DNA of 64,000 nucleotides from an uncultured delta proteobacterium (GTDB lineage Bacteria > Desulfobacterota > Desulfuromonadia > Geobacterales > Pseudopelobacteraceae): contig CAVYYZ010000003.1 in NCBI GenBank assembly GCA_963772835.1, forward strand, positions 160,001 through 224,000. Direction: 5' to 3'. The notes beneath the pieces are model-generated. The model had not been told where the DNA came from. It was given only the letters and a program-made list of their open reading frames with translations, and did no database searches. Both the position numbers and the translations under genes were made by a program. Positions within the stretch are counted from its first letter, which is position 1. Every line of letters begins with the position of its first letter. Positions 14,859 to 25,117 of this stretch are shown here, one piece after another.

Positions 14859-16226
14859 ATGGAACAGAATAAGAGACTTGTTTTATTGGTAATCGGCGAT
14901 TGCATTGCTGCCATTCTGGCGCTTCTGGCGTCAATTCCTATTCGATTCAGAAAGATTCCGACTGTTGAGGATGTCGAGTCACTGGGAGCTGAAAGGATCA
15001 TCGCATTTGTGCTGATTGTCGTGTTTTTATCCTTTCTGGTCGAAATCTACAAAAATCATCATGAACTTGTTGCCAGGGATATTGCAGTCAAAATAGGTGC
15101 CTCACTGGGAGTATCATGCTTTGTATTTTCTATTTTAATATTTTCACATGATAGTGAAACTTATGGCAGCGATTTTTTGGTGTATTCGATCATAATTTTC
15201 GGATTACTTCAGTTTCTCTGCCACACATCCTACCGTTTATATGTAAAATTTCAGGGTTTTGCACAACGTGTTGTGATTCTGGGAGTCGGAGCTTCAGCCG
15301 GAAACATGGGGGCTCTCATTCCGGAATCCGATGATAACTATCTGCTTTCCGGGTATGTCAGGTGTTCCGATGAAACGGCAGAGGTGCCCTCAAACTGGAT
15401 TCTTGAAAATAGTGGCGGAATCTACGATACGGTAAAAAGAGAGAAGGCTGACAAAATAGTAGTCTCTCTGACTGAACGTCGCGGCGTGTTTCCGTTTCAG
15501 GAGGTCATGGCCTGCAAGCTTGATGGCGTGGAGGTGGTTGACGCACCGTCGTTTTATGAGCACGTAACCGGAAAACTGTTTTTGGAAGGAATTAACCCCA
15601 GTTGGATTATTTTTTCTGAAGGATTCAAGGTCAGTAACGTTCGCAAGTTTTTTAAAAGAGGCGTTGATCTGTTCTGCGCATCCGTCGGCATCATCCTGAC
15701 TCTTCCCTTTTTACCGTTCGTCGCTCTGGCGATCAAGCTCGACTCCTCCGGGCCTGTTTTTTACCGGCAGGAGCGCGTAGGTGAAAAGGAAAAACCCTTC
15801 TTCCTTTATAAATTACGAACCATGCAGGCGGATGCAGAATCCGGCAGCGGTGCCGTGTGGGCGCAGAAAAATGACTCGAGGGTTACCAGATTGGGTGCTT
15901 TTTTCCGCGCATGCCGCATTGATGAGCTGCCACAGTTTTACAACATACTCTGCGGAGAGATGAGCATGGTTGGTCCGCGGCCTGAACGACCGGAGTTTGT
16001 CGAAAAACTGAAGAAAATTATCCCGTATTACTCGGAGCGTCACTTTGTGAAACCGGGAGTAACCGGCTGGGCACAGGTTCGTTATCCATACGGAGCATCC
16101 GTAGAGGATGCCATGGAAAAGCTTCGCTTTGACCTTTATTACATCAAGAACCTTTCTCTGACATTTGATTTCATGATTATCCTGGAGACAATTCAGGTGA
16201 TTCTCTTCAGGAGAGGCGCACGATGA
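14859..16226 (+). CDS. Priming polyprenyl glycosylphosphotransferase, PEP-CTERM/XrtA type (WcaJ/EpsB-like)
   Basis: N-terminal TMs, KRGVDL, YRQERVG, IDELPQ, GEMSMVGPRPERP, KPGVTGWAQVRYPYGAS. Confidence 0.93.
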   Translation: MEQNKRLVLLVIGDCIAAILALLASIPIRFRKIPTVEDVESLGAERIIAFVLIVVFLSFLVEIYKNHHELVARDIAVKIGASLGVSCFVFSILIFSHDSETYGSDFLVYSIIIFGLLQFLCHTSYRLYVKFQGFAQRVVILGVGASAGNMGALIPESDDNYLLSGYVRCSDETAEVPSNWILENSGGIYDTVKREKADKIVVSLTERRGVFPFQEVMACKLDGVEVVDAPSFYEHVTGKLFLEGINPSWIIFSEGFKVSNVRKFFKRGVDLFCASVGIILTLPFLPFVALAIKLDSSGPVFYRQERVGEKEKPFFLYKLRTMQADAESGSGAVWAQKNDSRVTRLGAFFRACRIDELPQFYNILCGEMSMVGPRPERPEFVEKLKKIIPYYSERHFVKPGVTGWAQVRYPYGASVEDAMEKLRFDLYYIKNLSLTFDFMIILETIQVILFRRGAR

Positions 16227-16247
16227 TTGCTGGCAAAGGAGTTCATA

Positions 16248-17054
16248 ATGAAAAAATGGCTGATGATAGCATTGATCGGATTACTGGTATTTCCCCCCCT
16301 GCGGTCTCAGGCTGCAGATTATGTCATCGGAGAGGGAGATGTTCTGGACATCTTTGTCTGGGGCATCAAGGAGCTTAATGTTTCGGTGAAGGTGCGACCG
16401 GACGGCAAGATAACCATACCGGGGATAGGTGATGTGAAAGCATCGGGTTTTACCCCGCCGGGGCTGCAAAAATCTCTCAGTGAAAAACTCAAGGAATTAG
16501 TTAAAACTCCGAATGTCACTGTGACGGTTAAAGAAATCACAAACAGTAAAGTATATATATTCGGCGGCGGGGTAAAATCAGTTGCATACGATCTCAATCG
16601 CAGCACAACACTTTTGCAGCTGCTGTGTAACCTGGGCGATGTCAAGACCGCCGACCTTAAAAAAGCATATGTGTTACGGAACGGTAAAATGATCAAGGTC
16701 GGTTTTTACAAACTGTTCATTGGAGGAGATACCAGCGAGGATATGGTCATAGAATCTAACGATTCAATCTATATACCGCTCCTCATGGATAAGAGCATCT
16801 ATGTCCTTGGCGCTGTTAATACCCCTAAATTTATTGAGTACCGGGATGGAATGACGGTCATGCAGGCGGTTCTTGAGGCCGGAGGCTTCAGTAAATTTGC
16901 CAAGCAGAATGAAACAATTATTCTTCGTAAGGAAGGTGAAAAAGAGATGATTATAAAGGTTAAGGCAAAGGACATTCTGAATGATGGTGATCTGAGCCAG
17001 AATCTAAAATTAAAGCCGAATGATTACGTTATGGTCAAGGAAGGTCTGTTTTAA
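16248..17054 (+). CDS. Polysaccharide export protein (Wza/SLBB), PEP-CTERM locus type
   Basis: Signal peptide, YVIGEGDVLDIFVWG, VRPDGKITIP, two SLBB repeats. Confidence 0.9.
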   Translation: MKKWLMIALIGLLVFPPLRSQAADYVIGEGDVLDIFVWGIKELNVSVKVRPDGKITIPGIGDVKASGFTPPGLQKSLSEKLKELVKTPNVTVTVKEITNSKVYIFGGGVKSVAYDLNRSTTLLQLLCNLGDVKTADLKKAYVLRNGKMIKVGFYKLFIGGDTSEDMVIESNDSIYIPLLMDKSIYVLGAVNTPKFIEYRDGMTVMQAVLEAGGFSKFAKQNETIILRKEGEKEMIIKVKAKDILNDGDLSQNLKLKPNDYVMVKEGLF

Positions 17055-17087
17055 TAGTAGAAAATACTATGAAACGCGGGGTGAAAC

Positions 17088-18587
17088 ATGAGTGATACAG
17101 AGGAATATGACTATAAAAAATATGTACAACTTATCATCAAAAAAAAATATCTGTTCGTAACACTGGCTCTGATGATCATGGCCGGAGTTGCCATCACCAG
17201 CTACATCCTGCCAGAACGGTATGAGGCCAAATGCACTGTTTTTATCGAAAACAGTCTGATAAGCGAGCTTGTTAAAGGGATCGCAATAACGTCTTCATTC
17301 GACGAAAAACTGAGAGTTCTGGCGTATACGCTGAAAAGCCGAACATTGCTGCTCAAGGTGATAGATGATCTCGGGTTGAATGTAAACAAACAGAACGACG
17401 GGCAACTGGAAAACATGGTCAGGGATTTTCAGGCAAAGACAGATATCAAGATGAAAGACAAGGAAGGTCTCTTTACTATTACGTTCGTCAACGAGAATCC
17501 CCGCTTTGCGCGTGATTATGTGAATTCACTTGTTCAACGCTATGTTGAACAGAATATTACCTCAAAGAGAGAGGAGTCGCGTGGCGCCACCAGTTTTCTT
17601 TCGGAACAGATTTCAGCGATCAAGTTAAAGCTCGAGGAGGCTGAAACCAGAGCAAACAGTTACAAGAGAGACAATAGCGGCGTGCTTGCCCAGAGTGAAG
17701 TTGTGCTACTCACCGATATCGGTCAGGCACAGCAGAGGATTGATGAAATTGAGGTAAAACGTCGTCAGATTGAAAATATGCTGAGTCAGGCCAGAAAAAA
17801 TGATCCGTTGAAGGCAAGGCTGGCTGTGCTGAAGAAAAAGCAACAGGAATTGAGTCTTGTCTATACAGATATTCACCCCGAAGTTGTTGAAATAAACAAT
17901 GAAATTTCAGCTGTTAAGCAACAGCTTCAATCGGGAATGACGAGAGCTGATATTGCTGAAGGCCCTTCGCAGGAAGTAGTGAAGCTAACGATGGAATTGA
18001 ATTCACTGCGTGATTCTGAAAACAGTCAGCGGCGCTTTATCGCTTCAAAACAGGCTCTGCTCAGAAGCATACCTGCAGCGAGAACAGGGCTCGACGAGCT
18101 GGAACGTGAAAAAAACAGTCAAAGAAATCTTTATGAGCAGCTCGTCGCAAGATATGGGCAGTCGGAGGTCTCAAAACAGATGGAAGTGCAGGATAAAGCC
18201 ACAACCTTCCGGATAGAAGATCCGGCAATCCTGCCGATCAAGCCGATCAGTCCGCAGCGTGTAAAAATTATCCTGCTCGGAATCGTTGGTGGTATTGCGG
18301 CAAGTTTTGGTTTTCTCGTGCTGCTTGATCTTCTTGATAAATCGGTCCGAAATGTCGAATCACTTAAATCTCTGGGGGTTCAAATTCTGGCAGTGGTGCC
18401 GACAATCGAAAATCCGCTTGAAACAGAGGTGTTGCGCAAACGGGACTACTGGTTTTACGGCATTTCCGCCACCTGTTTTGTGTTGATTCTGGCTACTGTC
18501 CCTCTTGAACTGCTGCGCTCCTTTTCTATCGATGTTTTCAACCCGGCCGAACTCGGGTCACAAATAAGAACACTTACACTCAAATAA
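17088..18587 (+). CDS. Polysaccharide chain-length determinant (Wzc membrane part)
   Basis: N-terminal TM, long coiled coil, YTDIHPEV, EDPAILPIKPISP followed by TM. Confidence 0.9.
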   Translation: MSDTEEYDYKKYVQLIIKKKYLFVTLALMIMAGVAITSYILPERYEAKCTVFIENSLISELVKGIAITSSFDEKLRVLAYTLKSRTLLLKVIDDLGLNVNKQNDGQLENMVRDFQAKTDIKMKDKEGLFTITFVNENPRFARDYVNSLVQRYVEQNITSKREESRGATSFLSEQISAIKLKLEEAETRANSYKRDNSGVLAQSEVVLLTDIGQAQQRIDEIEVKRRQIENMLSQARKNDPLKARLAVLKKKQQELSLVYTDIHPEVVEINNEISAVKQQLQSGMTRADIAEGPSQEVVKLTMELNSLRDSENSQRRFIASKQALLRSIPAARTGLDELEREKNSQRNLYEQLVARYGQSEVSKQMEVQDKATTFRIEDPAILPIKPISPQRVKIILLGIVGGIAASFGFLVLLDLLDKSVRNVESLKSLGVQILAVVPTIENPLETEVLRKRDYWFYGISATCFVLILATVPLELLRSFSIDVFNPAELGSQIRTLTLK

Positions 18588-18622
18588 TTAAACGGTAATT
18601 ATTTTATTTGAAAGGATCTTAT

Positions 18623-19435
18623 ATGAGCAGAATTGAAGCAGCACTTGAAAAAGCGGCAAAAATAAGAAGTGAATCAATCTCTGCAGTCATGGCTGAAAAA
18701 ACGGCTCCGGGGGGTCATATTCCACCACCCATGACTACGCCGGGAATCACGGTGACAAACAAACTGCTTGTAACCGTGAATGACCCTCACACACATGCAG
18801 CGGAAGAATACAGCAAATTAAAGTCCGTAATTGTCAGACTGACTAAAAAAGGGTCTTTTCTGAACATGCTGATGGTGACCAGCTCCCTGGGCGGAGAAGG
18901 GAAAAGTCTGACATCTCTTAATCTCGCCTTGAGTCTGGCCCAGGAATTTGATCACACGGTACTGCTGGTAGATGCCGACATCAGAAAACCGACGATTCAC
19001 AGCTATCTGGGGATAGCGAATTCGATTGGTCTGACGGATTGTCTTCTTGATCATATTGAAGTCAAGGATGCGCTTATACGAACCGGTATAGGTAAATTGT
19101 CATTTCTGCCTGCGGGACGGGAGGTGCCGAACCCTGCTGAAGTTTTTAACTCGCAGCGGATGAGGGACTTTCTCCTTGAGATGAAAAACCGCTATCACGA
19201 CCGTTACATAATAATTGATACCCCACCTGTGCTTCCGTTTGCAGAGACACGTTCACTGAGTGCCATTGTCGATGGCATCCTGCTGGTTGCAAAGGAAGGT
19301 CTTGTCACACTGCACAATATTGAGGAAACGATGGGATATATCAAGGGGACTCCTCTTTTGGGTATCGTTTACAATGAAGCTGCGACAGAAATGAACTATG
19401 ACCGTTACAAATATTGCCGTGAAGGAAATGCGTGA
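18623..19435 (+). CDS. BY-kinase (tyrosine autokinase, Wzc cytoplasmic part)
   Basis: MSRIEAALEKA, TSSLGGEGKS, LLVDADIRKP, IIIDTPP, short Tyr tail YDRYKY. Confidence 0.92.
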   Translation: MSRIEAALEKAAKIRSESISAVMAEKTAPGGHIPPPMTTPGITVTNKLLVTVNDPHTHAAEEYSKLKSVIVRLTKKGSFLNMLMVTSSLGGEGKSLTSLNLALSLAQEFDHTVLLVDADIRKPTIHSYLGIANSIGLTDCLLDHIEVKDALIRTGIGKLSFLPAGREVPNPAEVFNSQRMRDFLLEMKNRYHDRYIIIDTPPVLPFAETRSLSAIVDGILLVAKEGLVTLHNIEETMGYIKGTPLLGIVYNEAATEMNYDRYKYCREGNA

Positions 19436-19498
19436 ACTGACTGAGGTCCCTCAGGATAGAGGGGCCATTAAAACTCAGAAAATATATGAGGTACATAT

Positions 19499-20659
19499 AT
19501 GTATGAGGCATTTTTCAACCTGACACAGAAACCCTTCGACCTTCTGCCGGATCCGGATTTTCTGTTTATGAGCAGTTCCCATAAAAAGGCACTTTCCTAT
19601 CTGGACTACGGAATCAGGGAACGGGTCGGCTTTATCCTCCTTACCGGCGAAGTGGGTTCAGGTAAAACTACTATTATCCGGAACCTTATTAAAAAAAATC
19701 TTTCCGATGTCGTTCTCTCCAAAATATTTAATACACGTGTGGATTCGGAACAGCTGATCGCTATGATCAATGACGATTTTGGCCTTCCTGTCCTGAACAA
19801 GGACAAGATAACGCTGCTGAGAGATCTGAATACCTTTCTGATTGAACAGTTCGTAAAAGGAAATCAGCCTGTACTGATCATAGATGAGGCTCAAAATCTC
19901 GATCAAAATCTACTGGAAGAGATCAGAATGCTCTCCAATCTGGAGACCGACAATGCAAAGCTGCTGCAGATCATTCTTGTGGGACAGCCCGAATTGCGGA
20001 AAACACTGTCAAAACCGACATTAGTGCAGCTGCGCCAGAGGATCAGCATCAACTGCCATCTTCAACCGCTCTCTCGATCTGAAATCGAACAATATATTCT
20101 GCATCGTCTGGAAAAAGCCGGGGACCGGAATGCTGCAAGTTTTTCCGGGGAAACCATTGATATCATCTTCACATACAGCCGGGGAATTCCGAGGCTGATT
20201 AACATCATATGTGATTTCATTCTGCTGTCAGCATTTGCAGAAGAGACCAGAATAATTGATGCCGCACTGGTACTTGATATTATAGGAGATCTGGACTTTG
20301 AGTACCATTACTGGGGAGGACCGTCGAAGGTGGGCACTGATGCGACTGTAAACGGCAGTGATGGAGTCTCTTCATTCGATTTCACCGAGGCTGGAGCCTC
20401 AGCAGCACTGAACAAAGAAATCAATGGTTCCGGAAAGGATTCAGAGACTGCCAGTCAGAAAATGCTTCAGGAAATGGCGGCAAAAATAAACGACCTTGAA
20501 AAAACGGTGAAGAGTCATCAGGAGAAAACCGGAAACCTTATTCAAAAAATATTCACCTGTAATTCAATTTCTGATGGAGAAAAACCGGTCGAATTTTCAA
20601 GTGAAGAAAGCGGCCCGCCATTACTGGGAAATATGTTCGGCCGGCTGTTCAGGCTTTGA
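19499..20659 (+). CDS. ExeA-like secretion ATPase of PEP-CTERM loci
   Basis: MYEAFFNLTQKPFDLLPDP, GEVGSGKTT, LIIDEAQNL, LVGQPEL, GIPRLIN. Confidence 0.92.
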   Translation: MYEAFFNLTQKPFDLLPDPDFLFMSSSHKKALSYLDYGIRERVGFILLTGEVGSGKTTIIRNLIKKNLSDVVLSKIFNTRVDSEQLIAMINDDFGLPVLNKDKITLLRDLNTFLIEQFVKGNQPVLIIDEAQNLDQNLLEEIRMLSNLETDNAKLLQIILVGQPELRKTLSKPTLVQLRQRISINCHLQPLSRSEIEQYILHRLEKAGDRNAASFSGETIDIIFTYSRGIPRLINIICDFILLSAFAEETRIIDAALVLDIIGDLDFEYHYWGGPSKVGTDATVNGSDGVSSFDFTEAGASAALNKEINGSGKDSETASQKMLQEMAAKINDLEKTVKSHQEKTGNLIQKIFTCNSISDGEKPVEFSSEESGPPLLGNMFGRLFRL

Positions 20660-20746
20660 TACTGAATTGATGACAGTTAGGTCGTACGTTTAAGCACGTA
20701 TAACATCCGGTTCAAAATAAATTATCTCTTATTTTAGAGGGTTACT

Positions 20747-21985
20747 GTGAGGAATCCCATGTTGAAGGCACTGCGGGGAACATTGCTTTTCAGTATTATA
20801 TCAGTGTCAACTGCTGCGCAAGGGGGTGAATTTGAACTGCATCCCTCTATAGCTGTCAGCGAGGAGTTCACCGATAATCTATTTGAGACGAGAGACAACC
20901 GCATTTCTGATTACATCACCAGAGTGCTGCCGGGAGTTGCTGCGAGTTACAAAGCACCGGCGCTGAATGCAGATCTGAACTATGTATTCGACTACCGGCA
21001 TTACGCCAATAATAACCGTGATGACGAGATAGCACATTCACTCAGTGCAAAGGCCAAACTGGCCGCTGTGGAAAATCTCTTTTTTCTGGATGTCAGCGAA
21101 GAGTATCAGCGTGTTTCGCTGGATGTGACCCGGGATGTGACCAAGGAGAGCCTTTTTTTTAACCAGACAGACCGCAACGTTGCCGCCGTATCACCGTATT
21201 TCACGGTGCGCCCTTCAGAAAGACTCCCGGTTAAATTCGGATACCGTTTTATCGATACCCGCTATGCCAGTTCATCCGGTATCGACAGAACCGACCACAT
21301 TGGTTTTTTGGAAATGGCCTATGAATTATCGAAAAAATTCAGTTTGACGGCCTCCTATACATTCACCCGGGAGATGGCTGATATCGGTAATTTAAGTCAG
21401 CATCAGGCGCTGGGAGGCTTTCGATATGAGTATGCGGATAAATCGTTCGTCTTCGCTCAGGCAGGCAATACCTGGATCGAATATGACAGTGGTCATCTTC
21501 TCAACGGCTTTATCTGGAGTGCAGGGGCAACTCACGTATTTGACACGGCAACCGCCACTATTACTACAGGTGTGAAATTTAACGAAGATCCGCTGAGTAA
21601 CAATGTCCAGGAGCGTTTTGTCAGCGCTGTTTTTGAGAAGCGGTTTCAGAGGGGATCACTGAGTCTTTCCCCTTATTATTCCGAATATATTCTGACAGAC
21701 ACAGATACGCTGCAGACAAAAAAAATCGGAGCCGTTGTGCAGGGTACCTACGAATTATTCACGGACCTCAACGGCAGAGCTGCATGTACTGCAGAAAAAT
21801 ACGAACAGCCGACTTATGACGGATATACAAGACGTTTACAGATTGAATCCGGACTCAGTTATCTGCTGGCCAAACAGTTAACGGTCTCACTCTCGTATAT
21901 TTACGTAGAATACTTTTCTCCTGACATTGCTGCAGACAACCGACACGTTAATCGCGGGATGATCGAAATCAAGAAAACATTCTGA
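20747..21985 (+). CDS. PEP-CTERM system outer-membrane beta-barrel (TIGR03016-like)
   Basis: Signal peptide, PSIAVSEEFTDN, alternating beta-strand pattern, C-terminal Phe; syntenic position. Confidence 0.82.
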   Translation: MRNPMLKALRGTLLFSIISVSTAAQGGEFELHPSIAVSEEFTDNLFETRDNRISDYITRVLPGVAASYKAPALNADLNYVFDYRHYANNNRDDEIAHSLSAKAKLAAVENLFFLDVSEEYQRVSLDVTRDVTKESLFFNQTDRNVAAVSPYFTVRPSERLPVKFGYRFIDTRYASSSGIDRTDHIGFLEMAYELSKKFSLTASYTFTREMADIGNLSQHQALGGFRYEYADKSFVFAQAGNTWIEYDSGHLLNGFIWSAGATHVFDTATATITTGVKFNEDPLSNNVQERFVSAVFEKRFQRGSLSLSPYYSEYILTDTDTLQTKKIGAVVQGTYELFTDLNGRAACTAEKYEQPTYDGYTRRLQIESGLSYLLAKQLTVSLSYIYVEYFSPDIAADNRHVNRGMIEIKKTF

Positions 21986-21993
21986 GGTTGCTG

Positions 21994-22920
21994 ATGATTA
22001 ATGCCCTGACCATAGATATTGAAGATTATTTTCACGTGACCGCCTTTGAACGGCAGATCAACCCTGATCAGTGGGATACCTATCCGCTCCGGGTAGAGGG
22101 CAACACCATGCGGATTCTCGATTTGCTCGATGAATTTCAAGTGAGTGCCACTTTTTTCGTACTTGGCTGGGTTGCCGATCGACTTCCATCTCTTGTGAAA
22201 GAGATTCATCGCCGGGGGCATGAAATAGCCTGCCACGGCTATGCACATCAACTTGTATATCGTCTCACCCCTGACGAGTTCCGTAAGGATGTATCAACAG
22301 CTAAAAAGATTCTGGAGAATATCTGCGGTGAACCGGTGAACGGCTATCGTGCTCCCAGCTATTCAATTATTACAAAATCACTCTGGGCGCTGGATATTCT
22401 TATTGAAGAGGGATTTACCTACGACTCCAGTATTTTTCCGATTTTGCATGACATCTATGGCATTCCGGGCGGGAAACGATTCCCTCATGAAATATCAACT
22501 CATTCCGGGAATATACAGGAATTCCCCATATCGACAATGTGTCTCAAGTTGGGAGGTTGGCAGACTCATGTGCCAATTGCCGGTGGTGGCTATCTGCGGC
22601 TCATCCCGGCTCCGCTGGTCGGTCGAGCTCTGCAATTCATCAATAACAGCGAAAATAAGCCGGTAATTGTCTATTTTCATCCGTGGGAGATTGATCCTGG
22701 CCAACCGCATATCCGGGCCGGTCTGAAATCCACGTTCCGGCATTATCTTAATCTTGAACGCATGGAACTGAAAGTTCGTTATTTATTGGAAAACTTCCGT
22801 TTTTCATCAGCACACGATGTATTGAACAGGTGCAAACCGGATTCGCCCGATATTGCGGCACCGGGCGCTCGGTATGTTCCACATCAGGTCTTATGCAATA
22901 CATCTCTGCAGCAGCAGTAA
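21994..22920 (+). CDS. Polysaccharide deacetylase (CE4), PEP-CTERM locus type
   Basis: NALTIDIEDYF, ATFFVLGW, GHEIACHGYAH, GYRAPSYSI, YDSS, YFHPWEIDP. Confidence 0.93.
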   Translation: MINALTIDIEDYFHVTAFERQINPDQWDTYPLRVEGNTMRILDLLDEFQVSATFFVLGWVADRLPSLVKEIHRRGHEIACHGYAHQLVYRLTPDEFRKDVSTAKKILENICGEPVNGYRAPSYSIITKSLWALDILIEEGFTYDSSIFPILHDIYGIPGGKRFPHEISTHSGNIQEFPISTMCLKLGGWQTHVPIAGGGYLRLIPAPLVGRALQFINNSENKPVIVYFHPWEIDPGQPHIRAGLKSTFRHYLNLERMELKVRYLLENFRFSSAHDVLNRCKPDSPDIAAPGARYVPHQVLCNTSLQQQ

Positions 22921-22971
22921 TCTGTTTTCACCGGAGTAACCCGTGTTACTGCGTGAGACGAGGAGCAGGGT

Positions 22972-23820
22972 ATGGAGTCAGCAGCTGGAGCAGTCTTGAC
23001 AAAAACATTTAAAGTAATTGAACCCAGAAAAGGTTTGTTCCAGCTTGACCTGGATAGTGTCTGGCACTATCGGGAACTATTGTACTTTCTGGTCTGGCGT
23101 GATGTGCTGACCCGCTATAAGCAGACGGTGATCGGTGCGGCGTGGGTCATACTGCAGCCTCTGATCACTATGTTATTGTTTACGCTGATATTCAGCAGAT
23201 TAGCCAAAATGCCTTCAGACGGGATACCGTATCCTGTGTTTGCATATACCGCACTGCTTCCCTGGTCGTATTTTGCACAGGCGCTGGCACGGACATCAAA
23301 CAGCGTGGTCGGCAGTTCCAATCTCGTGACAAAAATATATTTCCCCCGCTTATTGATCCCGATTGCCGCTTCAATAGCTCCCGTCGTCGATTTGATTTTC
23401 TCCTTCCTGGTGCTTCTGGTTCTGATGGTCTGGTTCAAAATAGTCCCCACCTGGGGATTGCTGTCTCTGCCGTTGTTTCTGGGGCTTGCAGTAATTACAG
23501 CCCTGGCCGTGGGGCTCTGGTCATCAGCATTGAACGTAAAATATCGTGATGTGGGTAGTATTGTTCCCTTTGTAGCCCAGATATGGATGTATGCATCACC
23601 GGTGGTATACCCGGTAAGTATGGTGCCGGAACAATGGAGACTGCTCTACAGTCTGAATCCGATGGTAGGTGTGATCGAAGGGTTCCGCTGGGCTCTTTTA
23701 GGGACTGAAACTCCGGACTTTGCGAGCATGGCGGCAAGCGCTTTCGTTGTAACGGTTCTGTTTGCAGGTGGAATAGTGTACTTCAAAAAAATGGAGCAGT
23801 CATTTGCCGACGTGATTTGA
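22972..23820 (+). CDS. wzm: ABC-2 polysaccharide exporter permease
   Basis: YRELLYFLVWRDVLTRYKQT, KIYFPR, LNPMVGVIEGFR. Confidence 0.92.
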   Translation: MESAAGAVLTKTFKVIEPRKGLFQLDLDSVWHYRELLYFLVWRDVLTRYKQTVIGAAWVILQPLITMLLFTLIFSRLAKMPSDGIPYPVFAYTALLPWSYFAQALARTSNSVVGSSNLVTKIYFPRLLIPIAASIAPVVDLIFSFLVLLVLMVWFKIVPTWGLLSLPLFLGLAVITALAVGLWSSALNVKYRDVGSIVPFVAQIWMYASPVVYPVSMVPEQWRLLYSLNPMVGVIEGFRWALLGTETPDFASMAASAFVVTVLFAGGIVYFKKMEQSFADVI

Positions 23821-23833
23821 CCGGGAGCCCTGT

Positions 23834-25117
23834 ATGAGTGCGATAGCCATTCGAGTAGAAAACCTGTCCAAGGATTACATAGTGCCGGCATTGAAACAAC
23901 GTCACGACACTCTCGTTGATCAGCTTGCGTACGGCCTCAAATCGGTGTTTCGTCATAACGGAGAGAGTGGCCGGAGCGATAAGACCTTCAGGGCATTGAC
24001 GGATATTTCCTTTGAAATCAGAGAAGGTGAAATCGTCGGCATCATCGGCCATAACGGAGCCGGGAAAAGCACGCTGCTGAAGATACTCTCCCAGATCACA
24101 CAGCCGACAAAGGGGAGGGCAGAAATCCACGGCAGAGTCGGCTCACTCCTTGAAGTGGGTACCGGTTTTCACCCGGAGCTCACCGGCCGGGAAAATATTT
24201 ATCTCAACGGCGCAATCATAGGCATGACAAAAGTTGAAATTAACCGCCATTTTGATGCAATCGTCAATTTTGCCGAAGTCGAACAGTTCATCGATATGCC
24301 GGTAAAACGTTACTCAAGCGGTATGTACGTTCGACTGGCTTTTGCCGTTTCAGCACATTTAAAGCCCGATGTTCTTATGATTGATGAAGTCCTTTCAGTC
24401 GGTGACCTGCAATTTCAGAGAAAGTGCATGGCATACGCCGAAGAATTGCGGAAAAACAATTCAACCATACTTTTCGTTTCTCATAACATGTTTGCAGTAA
24501 AATCGATGTGCAACAGAGTCATCTTTTTATCAGAGGGCATGATTCAATTTGATGGTTCACCCGCCGATGCCATTCAATTGTATGAAGGTGAAAACAGGAC
24601 AAGTGCATTGCCATGGGCACAAAATGCGATAGGTACCGATCCCTCTCAGTGGGACGTGTTTGTGGAACATGTTGAAACGATCGATGAGGACGGTATTCAG
24701 CGGAATCTCTTCAATTATGGCGAAAGGATGCGGATCCGGCTTAATTACACCGTTCGCAGAACAATATTGAATCCAAATTTCCTCATTTCCTTTATCCGCT
24801 CTGATGAGGTTGCATGCTGTAATTACAATACTGCTATGGATGGCTTCACCGTCCCTTCGCTGGAGGTCGACGGCTCAATCGAACTATTAACTCCGCCTCT
24901 CAACCTGGTCTCAGAATCATACAGCATCATCGTGCTGGTCAGGGATGCAAAATTTGAACATCTCTATTGCGCTCAAGTCGGGAAAACGTTTCATGTCCGG
25001 CACGAACTGCTGAATACCCATTTTGGTGTTTTTCATGAACCGGGGGAATGGTCGTTTCGTAACGAACATGTTGATCAAAAATATGCAATTTCACAGGGGG
25101 TATTCTGCCATGATTAA
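23834..25117 (+). CDS. wzt: ABC polysaccharide exporter ATPase with Wzt C-terminal domain
   Basis: GHNGAGKST, YSSGMYVRLAFAV, IDEVLSVGD, VSH, plus about 170 aa C-terminal beta domain. Confidence 0.92.
   Translation: MSAIAIRVENLSKDYIVPALKQRHDTLVDQLAYGLKSVFRHNGESGRSDKTFRALTDISFEIREGEIVGIIGHNGAGKSTLLKILSQITQPTKGRAEIHGRVGSLLEVGTGFHPELTGRENIYLNGAIIGMTKVEINRHFDAIVNFAEVEQFIDMPVKRYSSGMYVRLAFAVSAHLKPDVLMIDEVLSVGDLQFQRKCMAYAEELRKNNSTILFVSHNMFAVKSMCNRVIFLSEGMIQFDGSPADAIQLYEGENRTSALPWAQNAIGTDPSQWDVFVEHVETIDEDGIQRNLFNYGERMRIRLNYTVRRTILNPNFLISFIRSDEVACCNYNTAMDGFTVPSLEVDGSIELLTPPLNLVSESYSIIVLVRDAKFEHLYCAQVGKTFHVRHELLNTHFGVFHEPGEWSFRNEHVDQKYAISQGVFCHD

Noticed and set aside
19482..19500. ATATATG-AGGTA-CATATAT hairpin over the ATPase RBS/start
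   Set aside because: 7-bp almost all-AT stem; too weak to call regulatory.
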